Shown here one piece after another: positions 30,382 to 40,804 of a DNA stretch of 64,000 bases (its first letter is position 1; each line of letters opens with the position of its first letter). Both the position numbers and the translations under genes were made by a program. The notes under the pieces were generated by a model that was given only the letters and a program-made list of their open reading frames with translations, ran no database searches and was not told where the DNA came from. Source of the stretch: a virus (lineage: Duplodnaviria; Caudoviricetes); IMG/VR virus record IMGVR_UViG_3300032321_002024, positions 128,001 to 192,000 of that record; one strand, 5' to 3'.

Positions 30382-31107
30382 CTAATAATTCATAATCAAC
30401 CACTCAGTTCCCATTATTGTCTTTTTTGATTCAAACCTACAATTAGGATAAAGTTCTTTAATTCCGTCAAAATAGTAATAAGAAAGAGCGAATCTACCTT
30501 TTATATTATTAAGAATGTATGATAATTCATAATGTGAATTTTCGTCAAAGTCGTGATTTATATAATATTTTTCTCTACCCATATAAGGAGGATCTAAATA
30601 AAAGAAAGTATCTTTAGAATCATACTCATTAATCAATTGTTTATAATCTAAATTTAAAATTTCAGATATTTTATTTAAATGTGGTTCATATGCTTTCCAC
30701 TTTAGTTTAAATACTTCAAATTCAGTATCTCCTCTCCAAGAATCTTTACCAATTTCATTAGGAGCTGAACAAGTTAAGACAATCAACCAATTGATAGCAA
30801 AAGTCATTCTATCAGTTTCAGTGAATATTTCTTTTAGTGCCTTTTGGTATCTTTCTTTATCAACTTTTATTCCTTTAACGATTTCAATAAATCTTTTATC
30901 ATTTTTAAGTAGATAAAAAAGATTATGATTTAAATGATTGATATCATTATAGATAAACTTAATGTCTTTGAATTTTGAAAAGTCCAAAGAAAAGAAAACT
31001 CCAAACATTCCAGCAAAAGGTTCAACATAAGTAGAAATATCTGTTGGAATATTCGGAGTTATAAAACTAGCAAACTTTGATTTCTCACCTAAATAAGGTA
31101 TTAACAT
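30382..31107 (-). CDS. DNA adenine methyltransferase (Dam/D12 class)
   Basis: IPYLGEK, YVEPFAG, YNDIN, FYLDPPY. Confidence 0.88.
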   Translation of the reverse strand: MLIPYLGEKSKFASFITPNIPTDISTYVEPFAGMFGVFFSLDFSKFKDIKFIYNDINHLNHNLFYLLKNDKRFIEIVKGIKVDKERYQKALKEIFTETDRMTFAINWLIVLTCSAPNEIGKDSWRGDTEFEVFKLKWKAYEPHLNKISEILNLDYKQLINEYDSKDTFFYLDPPYMGREKYYINHDFDENSHYELSYILNNIKGRFALSYYYFDGIKELYPNCRFESKKTIMGTEWLIMNY

Positions 31108-31124
31108 ATTGAAAATTTAATATT

Positions 31125-32231
31125 CTACTTTGAAAACTCCTTCTTATCATTTGAGATATAGAAATTATCAAATTGATAATATTTGTCATAAACTTCTAAT
31201 ACTTTCTTTAAAGTGATTTTGTCTAAAATATCATACACCGACCAACCCTCTGGGTTAATCCATTGATTAACACTTTTATATCTTAAGATTTCATCTTTTT
31301 TCATTCTTACTGTATAGTAATCTTTTACTAAGTTAAATCTATCTTTAGTTAAGAATTTTTTAGGGTTTTTAATAACACCTTCAACAGCATCAACAACAGC
31401 ATTAAAGTTTCTGTTAGATGTTTGAGTTGATATTGAGTTTAAACCTTGGTTATTCATTCTGCTTTGATAACAATGAACATAATAAACTAAACCTCTTTTT
31501 TCTCTAATTTCTTGGTAAAGAGGTGATTTTAATCCTAATGAAAGCATTGCATTAATAAAATGAACATAAGCAAAGTCTTCATTAATAACCGGAGAAAGAA
31601 TAGAAATAGATGTTTTATCTTTCCATTCATTATTTAATTCAAGTGGAACATCGTGGTTTCCGTAAGAAAGAGGTTTGATAATTGTTCTTTCTGCAAAATC
31701 TAAAGTAGGATTTTTATAATCTTTTTTAGAAACATTAATAATTTTAGTTGGTTTTGAATATTGAAGTTCAAAGAAGTTTAGACAGTCCATAAACTTTAGG
31801 TTTTCTAAATCTTCTTTTAAACCAATTGGATCGTAATCTCCAAATAATTTTCTAGAAAGGTTCAACATATGACATTGAGTTTGTTCGTTGAAAGAATCCA
31901 TATATTCTTCTAATACAATATTTCTTTCATTCTCAAACTCTGCCTTTTTAACATTAAATCCACCAAGTAAGTCCATAAACTCACCTTTCCATTTATTGAC
32001 TTTATCTTCTAATCCTGTTAAATAAAATACGATTTCATTTGAAGAGGTATAAGCATTCCATTCTATTCCGTCACGGTCAAAATCTTCCTGTAAGTGGTCA
32101 AAGTTTTTGCACATAAGGTGCTCCATTAGGTGACTCATCCCATACCATCCTTTCTTTTCTAAATTTGTGGAACCTTCATATACCACATAAAATCCTGAAA
32201 GATCTGTTTGACTTTTTAAATTAGTTATCAT
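31125..32231 (-). CDS. M16 (insulinase) family zinc peptidase
   Basis: GMSHLMEHL (HxxEH), WNAYTS, ERNIVLEE, LYQEIREKRGLVY. Confidence 0.88.
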   Translation of the reverse strand: MITNLKSQTDLSGFYVVYEGSTNLEKKGWYGMSHLMEHLMCKNFDHLQEDFDRDGIEWNAYTSSNEIVFYLTGLEDKVNKWKGEFMDLLGGFNVKKAEFENERNIVLEEYMDSFNEQTQCHMLNLSRKLFGDYDPIGLKEDLENLKFMDCLNFFELQYSKPTKIINVSKKDYKNPTLDFAERTIIKPLSYGNHDVPLELNNEWKDKTSISILSPVINEDFAYVHFINAMLSLGLKSPLYQEIREKRGLVYYVHCYQSRMNNQGLNSISTQTSNRNFNAVVDAVEGVIKNPKKFLTKDRFNLVKDYYTVRMKKDEILRYKSVNQWINPEGWSVYDILDKITLKKVLEVYDKYYQFDNFYISNDKKEFSK

Positions 32232-32247
32232 TTTGTATTTTTAATTT

Positions 32248-33324
32248 TTAATCTTCTTTGAACGTTCCCCAAATAATTAAATCGTCAGTATCTGTTAGTT
32301 CAATATCTAAAGAGAATCCTTCCATTTCTTTTACAAATTCAGCAGAAGCCATTTCAATATCACTATGTTTTACTTCTTCAATTCCATTTAGTTTAAGTAT
32401 TTCTAAACATAATTTATCTATGTCAATAATGATTCTATCTTCTTCTACAATAGAAAAATCATCTAATTTAAATTGTCTTATTAAACCTCTTATTTCTTCT
32501 CTGGTCAGCATGTTGTCAATACCAAGAATTTGTTTAGGTTCTTTGAATGCTATAGCATATAGTATTTTACCACAGATTGATGTAAATTCTTCTTCAATAT
32601 ATTTTTGAAAATCATTCATAGCTTCTTCTTTAAGCCAATTTTCATCTATTTGACATTGTTTCATCCAAAGTTTTCCATATTCGGTTTGATGATATCCATA
32701 TCTATATCTGATAAAAGCTTCTGAGTAATCCAGACCATTTTCCCATCCGTCAATATCTCCCCAACCTGCACCACCGAGTTGAACAATATTTGTATTAAGT
32801 CCTAATTTTTCAAATAATTTATAAAGATAAAAATCAACTGCAGCATTTTGTGAATCTAGTGAGGATCCAACTGAAAACGGTGTTATGATGTCATCATACT
32901 GTTGACGGAAATAAGCGAACTGTGTTGAATTGTTTGTGTGTAACTTTGGAAATATCAATTTATTTTTCACACTTAATATGATACTCTTCATTGGTTCTCT
33001 ATTTATAGCATAACTTCCACCTACATAAAGGTCAACTATGTCATATCCACAGTTTTTATTACTTTCTTCTGAGAAAATATCTTTCAACTTTTCTAAAGTA
33101 AATCCTTTTTCATCCAAATATTTTTGAATTTTTTGAAAATCTTCTTCTGGATTTCTATTTATTTTTTTACACATATCTGAGTAATTACCAGTGAAACCGA
33201 AATCAGAATAATCTAATTCGATAAGTTCGTTCCAGAATTTACCTCTTTCTACAAGTAAATTGATTACTTCATCTGTTATTTCAACAGATTCATTAATAAA
33301 GTGATTATATCTTCTTAATTTCAT
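32248..33324 (-). CDS. Hypothetical protein with capsid-targeting-like N-terminus
   Basis: Starts MKLRRYNHFINES; AAATATATA motif immediately upstream. Confidence 0.7.
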   Translation of the reverse strand: MKLRRYNHFINESVEITDEVINLLVERGKFWNELIELDYSDFGFTGNYSDMCKKINRNPEEDFQKIQKYLDEKGFTLEKLKDIFSEESNKNCGYDIVDLYVGGSYAINREPMKSIILSVKNKLIFPKLHTNNSTQFAYFRQQYDDIITPFSVGSSLDSQNAAVDFYLYKLFEKLGLNTNIVQLGGAGWGDIDGWENGLDYSEAFIRYRYGYHQTEYGKLWMKQCQIDENWLKEEAMNDFQKYIEEEFTSICGKILYAIAFKEPKQILGIDNMLTREEIRGLIRQFKLDDFSIVEEDRIIIDIDKLCLEILKLNGIEEVKHSDIEMASAEFVKEMEGFSLDIELTDTDDLIIWGTFKED

Positions 33325-33339
33325 AGAGTATATATTTAA

Positions 33340-34326
33340 TTAGAATTTTCTATTCTTGAGGTGCTCTATAAAATTAAAAGAATTGTCTTTGTTTATATTT
33401 ATCATATCATCAGTAACTTCAATTTCTTTTAATGATGATAAATCCATCTTTTTTAAGAAGTAAAGTTCTGAAGCATCTTTGTAATCTTCGCTAATAAATA
33501 TTTTAGTTTCAATATCATATTGATTAAAGAAATCTGAAAGTATAGCAGATGTTCTAAGTCCTACCTCGTCATTATCTGAAAAGAATTTAATCATCTTTGG
33601 TTTCTTTTCTAATAACTGATATAACTGAATTCCTGACCACATAGCTGATGAACAAGAAACTGATTTCTCACCTAATTCATAAATAGCCATTGTATCAAAT
33701 ACACCTTCTGTAATCCAAAATTCATCACCATCTTCAATTTTATCTAATCCCCAAACAGGAATATCTGGACAAGCTAAAGTATATTTAAGAGTTCTTGTAG
33801 AACCGTTACTCTCTAATCCAATTTTTCTTACAGCACAATTGATTAGATTTTCATCCTTATCAAAAAGAGGTATAACAATACCACCACTTTCAATAGCATC
33901 ATTTAAGAACTTTGACATTGTTGGATGAACAGTAGCTCCAATTATTTCCAATTCTCTTTTATCTTTAATTTGAGAGAGTCCGAAAAGTTTCCATTTCCAC
34001 ATAACTTCTTGACCAACACCTCTATCAAAAAGAAAGTGAGTTTCATCATAAGAGAATTTACCAACATTTAAATAAAAGTCCTCTGATAGTTCTTTTAAAT
34101 CATTTGAGTTAACTAATATATCATTTGAATTTTCATTAATTTCATTTATATTTACCTCAACCATTCTATCATCGGATTGAAACTTAGATTTTGAATTTTT
34201 TAAAATCCTTTCTAATTTCGTCAATGTGAATGGATTTATACCTTTTGGTATGAAGTTTTTTACAACACCATTAACAGAACGGTTGTTGTAAAGTATAAAT
34301 CCGAGTTCTTCTGGGGTCCAGTTCAT
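33340..34326 (-). CDS. TOPRIM-domain primase-like protein
   Basis: WITEGVFDTMA, FSDNDEVG, KDASE; likely ATG start MNWTPEE. Confidence 0.72.
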   Translation of the reverse strand: MNWTPEELGFILYNNRSVNGVVKNFIPKGINPFTLTKLERILKNSKSKFQSDDRMVEVNINEINENSNDILVNSNDLKELSEDFYLNVGKFSYDETHFLFDRGVGQEVMWKWKLFGLSQIKDKRELEIIGATVHPTMSKFLNDAIESGGIVIPLFDKDENLINCAVRKIGLESNGSTRTLKYTLACPDIPVWGLDKIEDGDEFWITEGVFDTMAIYELGEKSVSCSSAMWSGIQLYQLLEKKPKMIKFFSDNDEVGLRTSAILSDFFNQYDIETKIFISEDYKDASELYFLKKMDLSSLKEIEVTDDMININKDNSFNFIEHLKNRKF

Positions 34327-34345
34327 TAAAATATTAGTCAAATAT

Positions 34346-34376
34346 TTTGATTAGTTTATAAAAAGTTATATATTTG
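34346..34376 (+). promoter_or_regulatory. Bacteroidota-type sigma70 promoter
   Basis: TTTG (34346-49), 19 nt, TATATTTG (34369-76). Confidence 0.7.
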
Positions 34377-34393
34377 TAATATAATTTTTCATT

Positions 34394-35017
34394 ATGATAA
34401 AAGTAGGACTATCAGGTAATCGTTATTCGGGAAAGAATAGAGTTGTAAACATTTTCAAACAAATCGGAGTTCCGGTTTTTGAAGCCGATGTTATTCTAAA
34501 GTTTATTCTTCAACACAACTATGAACTACAAGCCGAAATCTCTGACAAATTAGGTAGAGTTTATTTTAAAAATGGTCTTCTTAATGAAGAAAAAGTAAAA
34601 TGTGATGGTAAATTTTCCGAAATATTGGAAATTGTAAAACCTGATTTGATGTCAACTTGGAATCGTTTTTTAAAGAAAAATAAAGGGGCTATTTATTGTA
34701 TTTTCCATTCATCAATTTTATTCGAGTCAAATTTGTATAAAGAAATGAACCAAAACATTTCAGTATTTGCTCCATTTTCTGATAGAGTTGATAGATGTAA
34801 GTATTTAACTAATAAGTCGGTTTCATCAATTTACTCACTGGTTAAAACGGAAATGGATGAGCTAGATAAAAATAAACTTTCTAAATATGTAATTCATAAC
34901 TATAATATCGATAATTCTTTCTACGGTGATGCTTTGACTCAAGTCAATCAAATTGACCAATTGATTATAGATAATTATCTCAAAGAGAATATGACCGAAA
35001 AAGTATTTGCACTATGA
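34394..35017 (+). CDS. coaE: Dephospho-CoA kinase-like protein
   Basis: KVGLSGNRYSGKNRV...GVPVFEAD...ILFES...YVIHN. Confidence 0.72.
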   Translation: MIKVGLSGNRYSGKNRVVNIFKQIGVPVFEADVILKFILQHNYELQAEISDKLGRVYFKNGLLNEEKVKCDGKFSEILEIVKPDLMSTWNRFLKKNKGAIYCIFHSSILFESNLYKEMNQNISVFAPFSDRVDRCKYLTNKSVSSIYSLVKTEMDELDKNKLSKYVIHNYNIDNSFYGDALTQVNQIDQLIIDNYLKENMTEKVFAL

Positions 35018-35454
35018 AAAGAAGAATAAGAATGAAACTACTTTCTGAGTGTAAAAATAAACTTCAAGTTGTTAAGTTAATTAAAGACTGCACTGGATTA
35101 GGTTTAAGAGAGTCTAAAGATATCGCTGATGAAATGTTCAACCATATTGGTTTAGTCAAAGAAATTGAGTTAAGAGAGCCTTATATAAAAGAAGGTAAAA
35201 CTTTTAATCCATATGAAGAATTCGCAAAAAACATTCAAGATTTTGGTCATTTTCATGTCACCGGTGGATTATCTTGGGAAAGAGATGCAAAAATGTTAGG
35301 AATTGGTGTCGGTGATGTTGAAGATTATGCTAACTTTGTATCTGAGTATATGAGTTATAATAACTCTGATGAAAATAAAATGATTTTAGAAGTTCTTTTT
35401 TCTAAATTAAAGAAAGAAGATTTAGTTGAATTAGTAAATCAAATCAAAATATAA
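35014..35454 (+). CDS. Protein with ribosomal L7/L12 C-terminal-domain-like N-terminus
   Basis: KNKLQVVKLIKDCTGLGLRESKDIAD matches the bL12 CTD motif KIxVIKxVRxxTGLGLKEAKDLVE. Confidence 0.7.
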   Translation: MKRRIRMKLLSECKNKLQVVKLIKDCTGLGLRESKDIADEMFNHIGLVKEIELREPYIKEGKTFNPYEEFAKNIQDFGHFHVTGGLSWERDAKMLGIGVGDVEDYANFVSEYMSYNNSDENKMILEVLFSKLKKEDLVELVNQIKI

Positions 35455-35455
35455 T

Positions 35456-35851
35456 ATGGCAAACGCATTTATACACGCAAAATCATCAGCTCGTCGTTAT
35501 GGTGGTGAACCAGACGACTACCTAGCAATTCATATCAAAATGGATTGTTCAAAGGCTTACGTTGCTGATAACAGGCACCGTGCGCTCACTCATACCAACT
35601 TTTGGATCCACGAAGTAATGCTTCCGATTTTTGGATACACATTCACAAATTCCGCAGGAAAAATAGTATCTGTAAAAGATGTTTGTGAACAACACATACT
35701 TGAAGATTTCGGTATGAAATTCATACCCACGGCACAGGACTACATTGAGAATATGGAATTCAAAGACTGGATGCAAAATGGAATTAAAGGACACCCATCT
35801 TCGTTTAGGAAATTAGCAGATAAAGGAAATATTAAAGTAAATTTAGACTAA
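35456..35851 (+). CDS. His-rich hypothetical protein
   Basis: HAKSSARRYGG, IHIKMD, DNRHRALTH, EQHILEDFG; possible metal site. Confidence 0.7.
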   Translation: MANAFIHAKSSARRYGGEPDDYLAIHIKMDCSKAYVADNRHRALTHTNFWIHEVMLPIFGYTFTNSAGKIVSVKDVCEQHILEDFGMKFIPTAQDYIENMEFKDWMQNGIKGHPSSFRKLADKGNIKVNLD

Positions 35852-35852
35852 T

Positions 35853-36026
35853 ATGGAAAAAATAATTTACTCTTCTACGATCTCATTAATATTACATATT
35901 TTTATGTTTTATTTTTGTTGGACTTATTGGTCACTTCCCCTAATTATTTTTTGGGCCTTATTTATTGTTTTATATACTGAGAAAAGATATAATTGGAAAA
36001 AATTTAAAAATTCACAAAAATGGTAA
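35853..36026 (+). CDS. Small membrane protein (57 aa, not in ORF track)
   Basis: MEKIIYSSTISLILHIFMFYFCWTYWSLPLIIFWALFIVLYTEKRYNWKKFKNSQKW; two hydrophobic segments and a basic tail; fills the gap between neighbours. Confidence 0.55.
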   Translation: MEKIIYSSTISLILHIFMFYFCWTYWSLPLIIFWALFIVLYTEKRYNWKKFKNSQKW

Positions 36027-36742
36027 TAGTAGCATTAAAAAACACAACAAAACTAGTAAAAGGAGCTCGTTATGAAGTTTATCAACTTAACAATTCAACA
36101 ACTACAACAGGATCATACCGTAGAAACAGAGTTTGGATTAAAGGACTTGGCGGTTATGATGTAAAAGGTTTTTCTGATACAAATGGAAATCCCTTACCTC
36201 AAATTGATATTAAGCCGACATTTGTTGAAATTCCAAAATTAGAGTTTGAGTCTCTTAAAAAAGGAGACCTAATTGTTTGTAATAGCAATGGTTATAAAAC
36301 TCTTGTTCCTAACGCAAAGTATAAAATTACAGACTTAAAAGTTGATAAAGTAGAATATACCGCTTGGAATGGAACCAAAGGTGTTAGAAATTATCCTAAA
36401 GTAAAATTTGAAGGTGTTAACCGTTGGTTTGATTTTAGCTATTGGAAATTTAGAGGATTATCTACTGAAGAAATTAGAGAGATTTCTTTAAGTCAAGTTT
36501 TAGAAGGAAAAGATCCAGAAATCATCAAAACTGATAAGTTAAGAAAAATTGACCACGTTAAGAATAAAGACAAAGAACTTATTCTTTATTTATCTAAAGC
36601 AATTTTTGATTCTAATAGAAATAACATGGACATTATTGGATGGGCCTCTAAGATGGGTTCAAAAATGGGAATTGAAAGAAAAGATTATGATTATCTTTTA
36701 AATCTACCACTTAAAGAAATTATTGAAAAATTTGAAAACTAA
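36020..36742 (+). CDS. Hypothetical protein
   Basis: 240 aa; internal EEIREISLSQVL motif. Confidence 0.65.
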   Translation: MVIVALKNTTKLVKGARYEVYQLNNSTTTTGSYRRNRVWIKGLGGYDVKGFSDTNGNPLPQIDIKPTFVEIPKLEFESLKKGDLIVCNSNGYKTLVPNAKYKITDLKVDKVEYTAWNGTKGVRNYPKVKFEGVNRWFDFSYWKFRGLSTEEIREISLSQVLEGKDPEIIKTDKLRKIDHVKNKDKELILYLSKAIFDSNRNNMDIIGWASKMGSKMGIERKDYDYLLNLPLKEIIEKFEN

Positions 36743-36748
36743 ATAAAT

Positions 36749-37240
36749 ATGAATTACCAAGAAAAATTAAAAACACTAAGAGAAAAAAATTCTGAAGTTT
36801 ATAAACTTAAGTCAGAGATTATTGACATTTCTTCTGATATCTTTGAAGAATTCTACAAATATATTTTTGAGAAGTATCCTACATTAGAATCTTTTGGATG
36901 GACGCAATACACACCTTACTTTAATGACGGAGAATCTTGCATTTTTTATGCAAACACCAGCTATTTAAGTGTTAATCAAGAGTGTGTTGATGAGGCTGAT
37001 TGGTCTCAAAAAACAAAAGTTCTTAATTGGGGAACTTGGAATAAAGATACAAAAAAATACGAAGGTCGTGTTGAAGAAGATAATGTAGATTATGATCCAA
37101 TTTTGACTGAAGCATCAAATGAGATTGTAAATTTCTTAGAACAATTTGATAATGATTTTTATTTGATTAAGTTTGGAGACCATGCTGAAATTACAGTAAA
37201 TAAAAACGGTGTTGACATTTCAGATTATGACCACGATTAA
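36749..37240 (+). CDS. Hypothetical phage protein
   Basis: WTQYTPYFNDGE, FGDHAEITV, DYDHD. Confidence 0.7.
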   Translation: MNYQEKLKTLREKNSEVYKLKSEIIDISSDIFEEFYKYIFEKYPTLESFGWTQYTPYFNDGESCIFYANTSYLSVNQECVDEADWSQKTKVLNWGTWNKDTKKYEGRVEEDNVDYDPILTEASNEIVNFLEQFDNDFYLIKFGDHAEITVNKNGVDISDYDHD

Positions 37241-37508
37241 GATACTTTTATTTTCTGTTCTTTTAAGTTTTAATTTGTTCTCACAAGATACAACAAAATT
37301 AATGAGACAACATTTGATAGGTGGTTGTGTTATGGTAACCGCATCAATTATGCCTTACTCGGTTGCTTACCAGACTTATATTTATAATAAACAAAATCCA
37401 TACTCATATCTTTATACTGGAGTTTGGTTTTCATTTGGATTGGTTTTAGACATATCAGCGACTAATCATTTCATCCAATATCATAAATTAAAAAAGAAAT
37501 ATAAATGA
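37227..37508 (+). CDS. Putative membrane protein with signal peptide
   Basis: ATG start MTTIKILLFSVLLSFNLFSQ; two further hydrophobic segments. Confidence 0.55.
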   Translation: MTTIKILLFSVLLSFNLFSQDTTKLMRQHLIGGCVMVTASIMPYSVAYQTYIYNKQNPYSYLYTGVWFSFGLVLDISATNHFIQYHKLKKKYK

Positions 37509-37735
37509 GATATAAAAAAGGAGATATTGTAATTTGTGTAACTAATAAGATGTATGGAATGACATACCTATTAGAGGAAGGCGAACAATATCGAATTGAT
37601 GATTTTGTTGTGGTAGGTGAAAAAACCTTAGTAAGTGTAAGTAAATCAGGAGAACACGTTAGTATATTTGATGATAAACATTTTATGCCATTAGATGTTT
37701 GGAGAGAATTTCAACTAAGAAAATTATTGAAATAA
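37505..37735 (+). CDS. Small hypothetical protein with C-terminal Rxx(Q)LxxLL motif
   Basis: Ends VWREFQLRKLLK. Confidence 0.65.
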   Translation: MRYKKGDIVICVTNKMYGMTYLLEEGEQYRIDDFVVVGEKTLVSVSKSGEHVSIFDDKHFMPLDVWREFQLRKLLK

Positions 37736-37759
37736 AAAAAGAGACGTTAAACATCTCTT

Positions 37760-38008
37760 TTAAACCATTTCCCAGATTTCAGTTTCAACATCTTTTTCTA
37801 ATATAGAATTATCAGAGTTGACTAAATTAATAAGGTTTTTCATTTTAGACTCTAAAACAGACCAATCAGAGTGATTAATGAAGTTGGAGTAGTCTTCGTC
37901 GTGTAATAAATTATCAACTGGAAAAACGAAATTACCATCAACATTGATGAATATCATTTTACACATTTCAACAAATTTATCTTTGATATCTAAGTCTGAA
38001 TTAATCAT
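37760..38008 (-). CDS. Hypothetical protein
   Basis: Likely start MINSDLDIKDK just downstream of TATATTTG (38012-38019, minus). Confidence 0.6.
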   Translation of the reverse strand: MINSDLDIKDKFVEMCKMIFINVDGNFVFPVDNLLHDEDYSNFINHSDWSVLESKMKNLINLVNSDNSILEKDVETEIWEMV

Positions 38009-38027
38009 ATACAAATATAAGGAAATT

Positions 38028-38519
38028 TTATAGAATATCAATGAATTTTATAACACCATTTCCTTTTTTTCCTGGTAAAATTGTAATAATTCTTACTTCA
38101 TAGATACCATCTGAATATTCGTCTATATCAAAATGTATTATAATTGTAAAGTTATATTCTTTTGAATAAAGTGAGTATCTACCAGATACATAAATTTCTT
38201 TTCCAACCATATCAGGAAATATTCTATTGAACTCGCCTTTAAAATATTGATTAAAATCCTCAACACTTCCAAATGATGTTCTTTCTTTAATCCTTTTTAC
38301 CAAGTTGTGTGTGGCTGAATCATTCCAATTTATTTCAAATTGAATCTTTTTATTATTTACTCTTTTCTTAAGTGTTATAAATCTTACTAATTTTTTATTT
38401 ATATCAAATTCAGCATCTTTTATATCTGTCATTTGTTTCACTAAATCACCATCACCCTTAATATTAAGAACATCAGCTAATCTAGCCTCACAAAATAAAT
38501 CAAATTTTGTAATAATCAT
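38028..38519 (-). CDS. Hypothetical protein with capsid-targeting-like N-terminus
   Basis: Starts MIITKFDLFCEA; TTATATATA upstream. Confidence 0.65.
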   Translation of the reverse strand: MIITKFDLFCEARLADVLNIKGDGDLVKQMTDIKDAEFDINKKLVRFITLKKRVNNKKIQFEINWNDSATHNLVKRIKERTSFGSVEDFNQYFKGEFNRIFPDMVGKEIYVSGRYSLYSKEYNFTIIIHFDIDEYSDGIYEVRIITILPGKKGNGVIKFIDIL

Positions 38520-38530
38520 TTAGTATATAT

Positions 38531-38563
38531 AAAAAAAACCTCAGATTAAATCTGAGGTTTTTT
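38531..38563 (-). terminator. Intrinsic terminator after bS1 gene
   Basis: A8-CCTCAGAT-TAA-ATCTGAGG-T tract. Confidence 0.8.
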
Positions 38564-38569
38564 TAAATC

Positions 38570-39646
38570 TTATCCTATAGTCAGGAAGATTTTTCGTGAG
38601 GCTCTATCAACAGATAGAACCTTTACTTTCACTTCTTGGTCTGCTTGAAATCTCATTTTCAATTTTTCCATTTCAGAAGTGTGAATCAAACCGACTGTTT
38701 CATCGTCAAGACTTACTAAAGTTCCAAATTGTTTAACATCTTTGACAACACCTTTAAGTGTTTGTCCGTTTTTGATGTTATCCCAAAGAGTTTCTCGTAA
38801 AATTTGAGTAAGAATAATCTTTTCTCTTACGATCTCTTTGATATAGAACTCGATTTCGAAACCTGGTTTGATATCTTTTAATCTTTCTTGCCAATCAGGA
38901 TGAACATTCGCTTTGTGAATCATACCAGTCAAACACTCGTTAAACTCAACAAAGACACCAAAAGGAGTAGTTCCCGTAACGTGACCAGTGTAAGTTAGTT
39001 CGTAATTTAATTCCTTAATTGCTTTTGGAATCAATGTTTGAAGATATTTTCTTCTACTTACAATGTAAGTTCCTTCTTGTTCAGCATAAGACTCAATCAT
39101 AACTTCAAATGTGCTTCCTACAATTGAGTTAACATCATATAGTTTATTGATACCCGCTAGTGTGTTTGGCATAAACCCTGGTAATGTTACTCCACCGTGA
39201 GTCAATTCAACATCATATCCAGCTGGATTCAATGATTTAATGTGTGCTAAAACAGATTCCCCCTCTTTCAATGATTTAAGAGTTTGGTGAGCTCTGTTTT
39301 CATAAAGTGTAGAAATGCTTCCTTTGATATAAAAATTATCATGATTGATATCAGTAATTAAAACATCAACAGATTCACCAAATTGTGAGTTCTTTAAGTA
39401 TTTACTCTCAGATAATTTGTTATCCACTCTTATATCATCTTTATATCCTGTCTTAGAAAAGACAAGACAGTCTTTTGTTTCACTCGTGAAAGTTGCGTTA
39501 ATAATTTGTCCAACTTGTGGCATTTCAACGAATGTTGATTCGTAAAGTTTAGAAAGTTCTATTTCTTGTTGAGTTTTTTTCTTTGTTCTGAAAGAGTCCT
39601 GTTCAAATAAGAACTCTAAATCTGGGTTTCCAATTGTTTGTGTCAT
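38570..39646 (-). CDS. rpsA: Ribosomal protein bS1-like (short, ~4 S1 domains)
   Basis: Tandem S1 repeats: PGFMP..., GHVTGTTPFGVFVEF...GMIH, GVVKDVKQFGTLVSL...GLIHTSE...VKVKVLSVDRASRKIFL. Confidence 0.82.
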   Translation of the reverse strand: MTQTIGNPDLEFLFEQDSFRTKKKTQQEIELSKLYESTFVEMPQVGQIINATFTSETKDCLVFSKTGYKDDIRVDNKLSESKYLKNSQFGESVDVLITDINHDNFYIKGSISTLYENRAHQTLKSLKEGESVLAHIKSLNPAGYDVELTHGGVTLPGFMPNTLAGINKLYDVNSIVGSTFEVMIESYAEQEGTYIVSRRKYLQTLIPKAIKELNYELTYTGHVTGTTPFGVFVEFNECLTGMIHKANVHPDWQERLKDIKPGFEIEFYIKEIVREKIILTQILRETLWDNIKNGQTLKGVVKDVKQFGTLVSLDDETVGLIHTSEMEKLKMRFQADQEVKVKVLSVDRASRKIFLTIG

Positions 39647-39702
39647 ATTTTTTTATTTAAAAGTTAAAAATTCTATTCTTATTTAGTATTAAAGTTTACT
39701 TA

Positions 39703-40089
39703 TTAATCAATTTTTCTTTTGATATTCATTGATAGCATATAATCTCTAAGAGCAGCCGCTTCTTCATACTTCTCTTCTTTGATTAAAGCATCTAATTTTT
39801 CATTAAGAATTATAGTTAAGTTGATTGATTTATCATGTATAACAATTTCATTCATTTCTTCAAGTAGACTGTTATAAAAATCATCCATTTGATTAAGATT
39901 GTTAAAAGACTCTAAGTCTGAATTTGAGCATTTGTTAGATAGTTCATTCAATTTAAAACTTTTGTCTATCTTTCTCAAAAAATCTTTATTAAAAGCCGAA
40001 TTGTCTAAAAGATATTTAGACAAATGATATGGTCTGTTTTTAAACAGTTTTAAAAATGTAATTAGATTTCTTTGTGTTCTATCACTCAT
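39703..40089 (-). CDS. Protein with C-terminal UVR (UvrB/C) motif
   Basis: LNEKLDALIKEEKYEEAAALRD. Confidence 0.7.
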   Translation of the reverse strand: MSDRTQRNLITFLKLFKNRPYHLSKYLLDNSAFNKDFLRKIDKSFKLNELSNKCSNSDLESFNNLNQMDDFYNSLLEEMNEIVIHDKSINLTIILNEKLDALIKEEKYEEAAALRDYMLSMNIKRKID

Positions 40090-40112
40090 AAACTTTATAT
40101 TATCATGGTAAT

Positions 40113-40802
40113 TTAAAGTTTAACTAAATTGACATTAAAAAAATAATCATATGAAAAGTCTTTACTTGATTGTTCCTGATTGAATGTTAGTTTAACTATT
40201 GAGTTATTTGTAGAGTATTCACTTTGAACTTTTGTAAGTTTATTTTCAACATCAGTAATGTTTTTGTTCCAAGTATTTTTAAGTCTTAAAATATTTTGAT
40301 TTCTAAGAGATTTATATGAGACAAATAAATCTATAGTTTCTACTTTGTATCTATCATAAACATTAAAGTCTATGTAATTCCTAATAGCAACATTAACATC
40401 ATCATAAATTGTCATGTCTTTTTTAATTCCTTCAAATGTTCTATACTTTTTCAAATTAGCAAATAAGAAATTCTTTATTATTTTTTCTAAATCTATAGTT
40501 AGAATCCACCTTGTATTTTCGGTTTTTTGATAAAGTGGTTGAGAGTCGTCAATAAATAATGTGTGATTTTGCTCTTTATCAGTTATTGATGAGTAATTGT
40601 AAGATTGAAGTGAAGATTCAATTGAAAAGTCAATTTGTTCACCGTTTGCATTTTGATAGTAAATTATTTCTTGATTAGAAATTATAATTGAATCCTCTAT
40701 TTCAAGCATCTTGGATCCAAAGAAATTACTTTCTTCTACCATATTAAAAGTTCCATAAACTCTAACACTTTTATATTCAGGTGAAATATAGTCTCTTCTC
40801 AT
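40113..40802 (-). CDS. Hypothetical (probable virion) protein
   Basis: 229 aa, tightly packed after two large structural-type genes. Confidence 0.6.
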   Translation of the reverse strand: MRRDYISPEYKSVRVYGTFNMVEESNFFGSKMLEIEDSIIISNQEIIYYQNANGEQIDFSIESSLQSYNYSSITDKEQNHTLFIDDSQPLYQKTENTRWILTIDLEKIIKNFLFANLKKYRTFEGIKKDMTIYDDVNVAIRNYIDFNVYDRYKVETIDLFVSYKSLRNQNILRLKNTWNKNITDVENKLTKVQSEYSTNNSIVKLTFNQEQSSKDFSYDYFFNVNLVKL

Positions 40803-40804
40803 TT

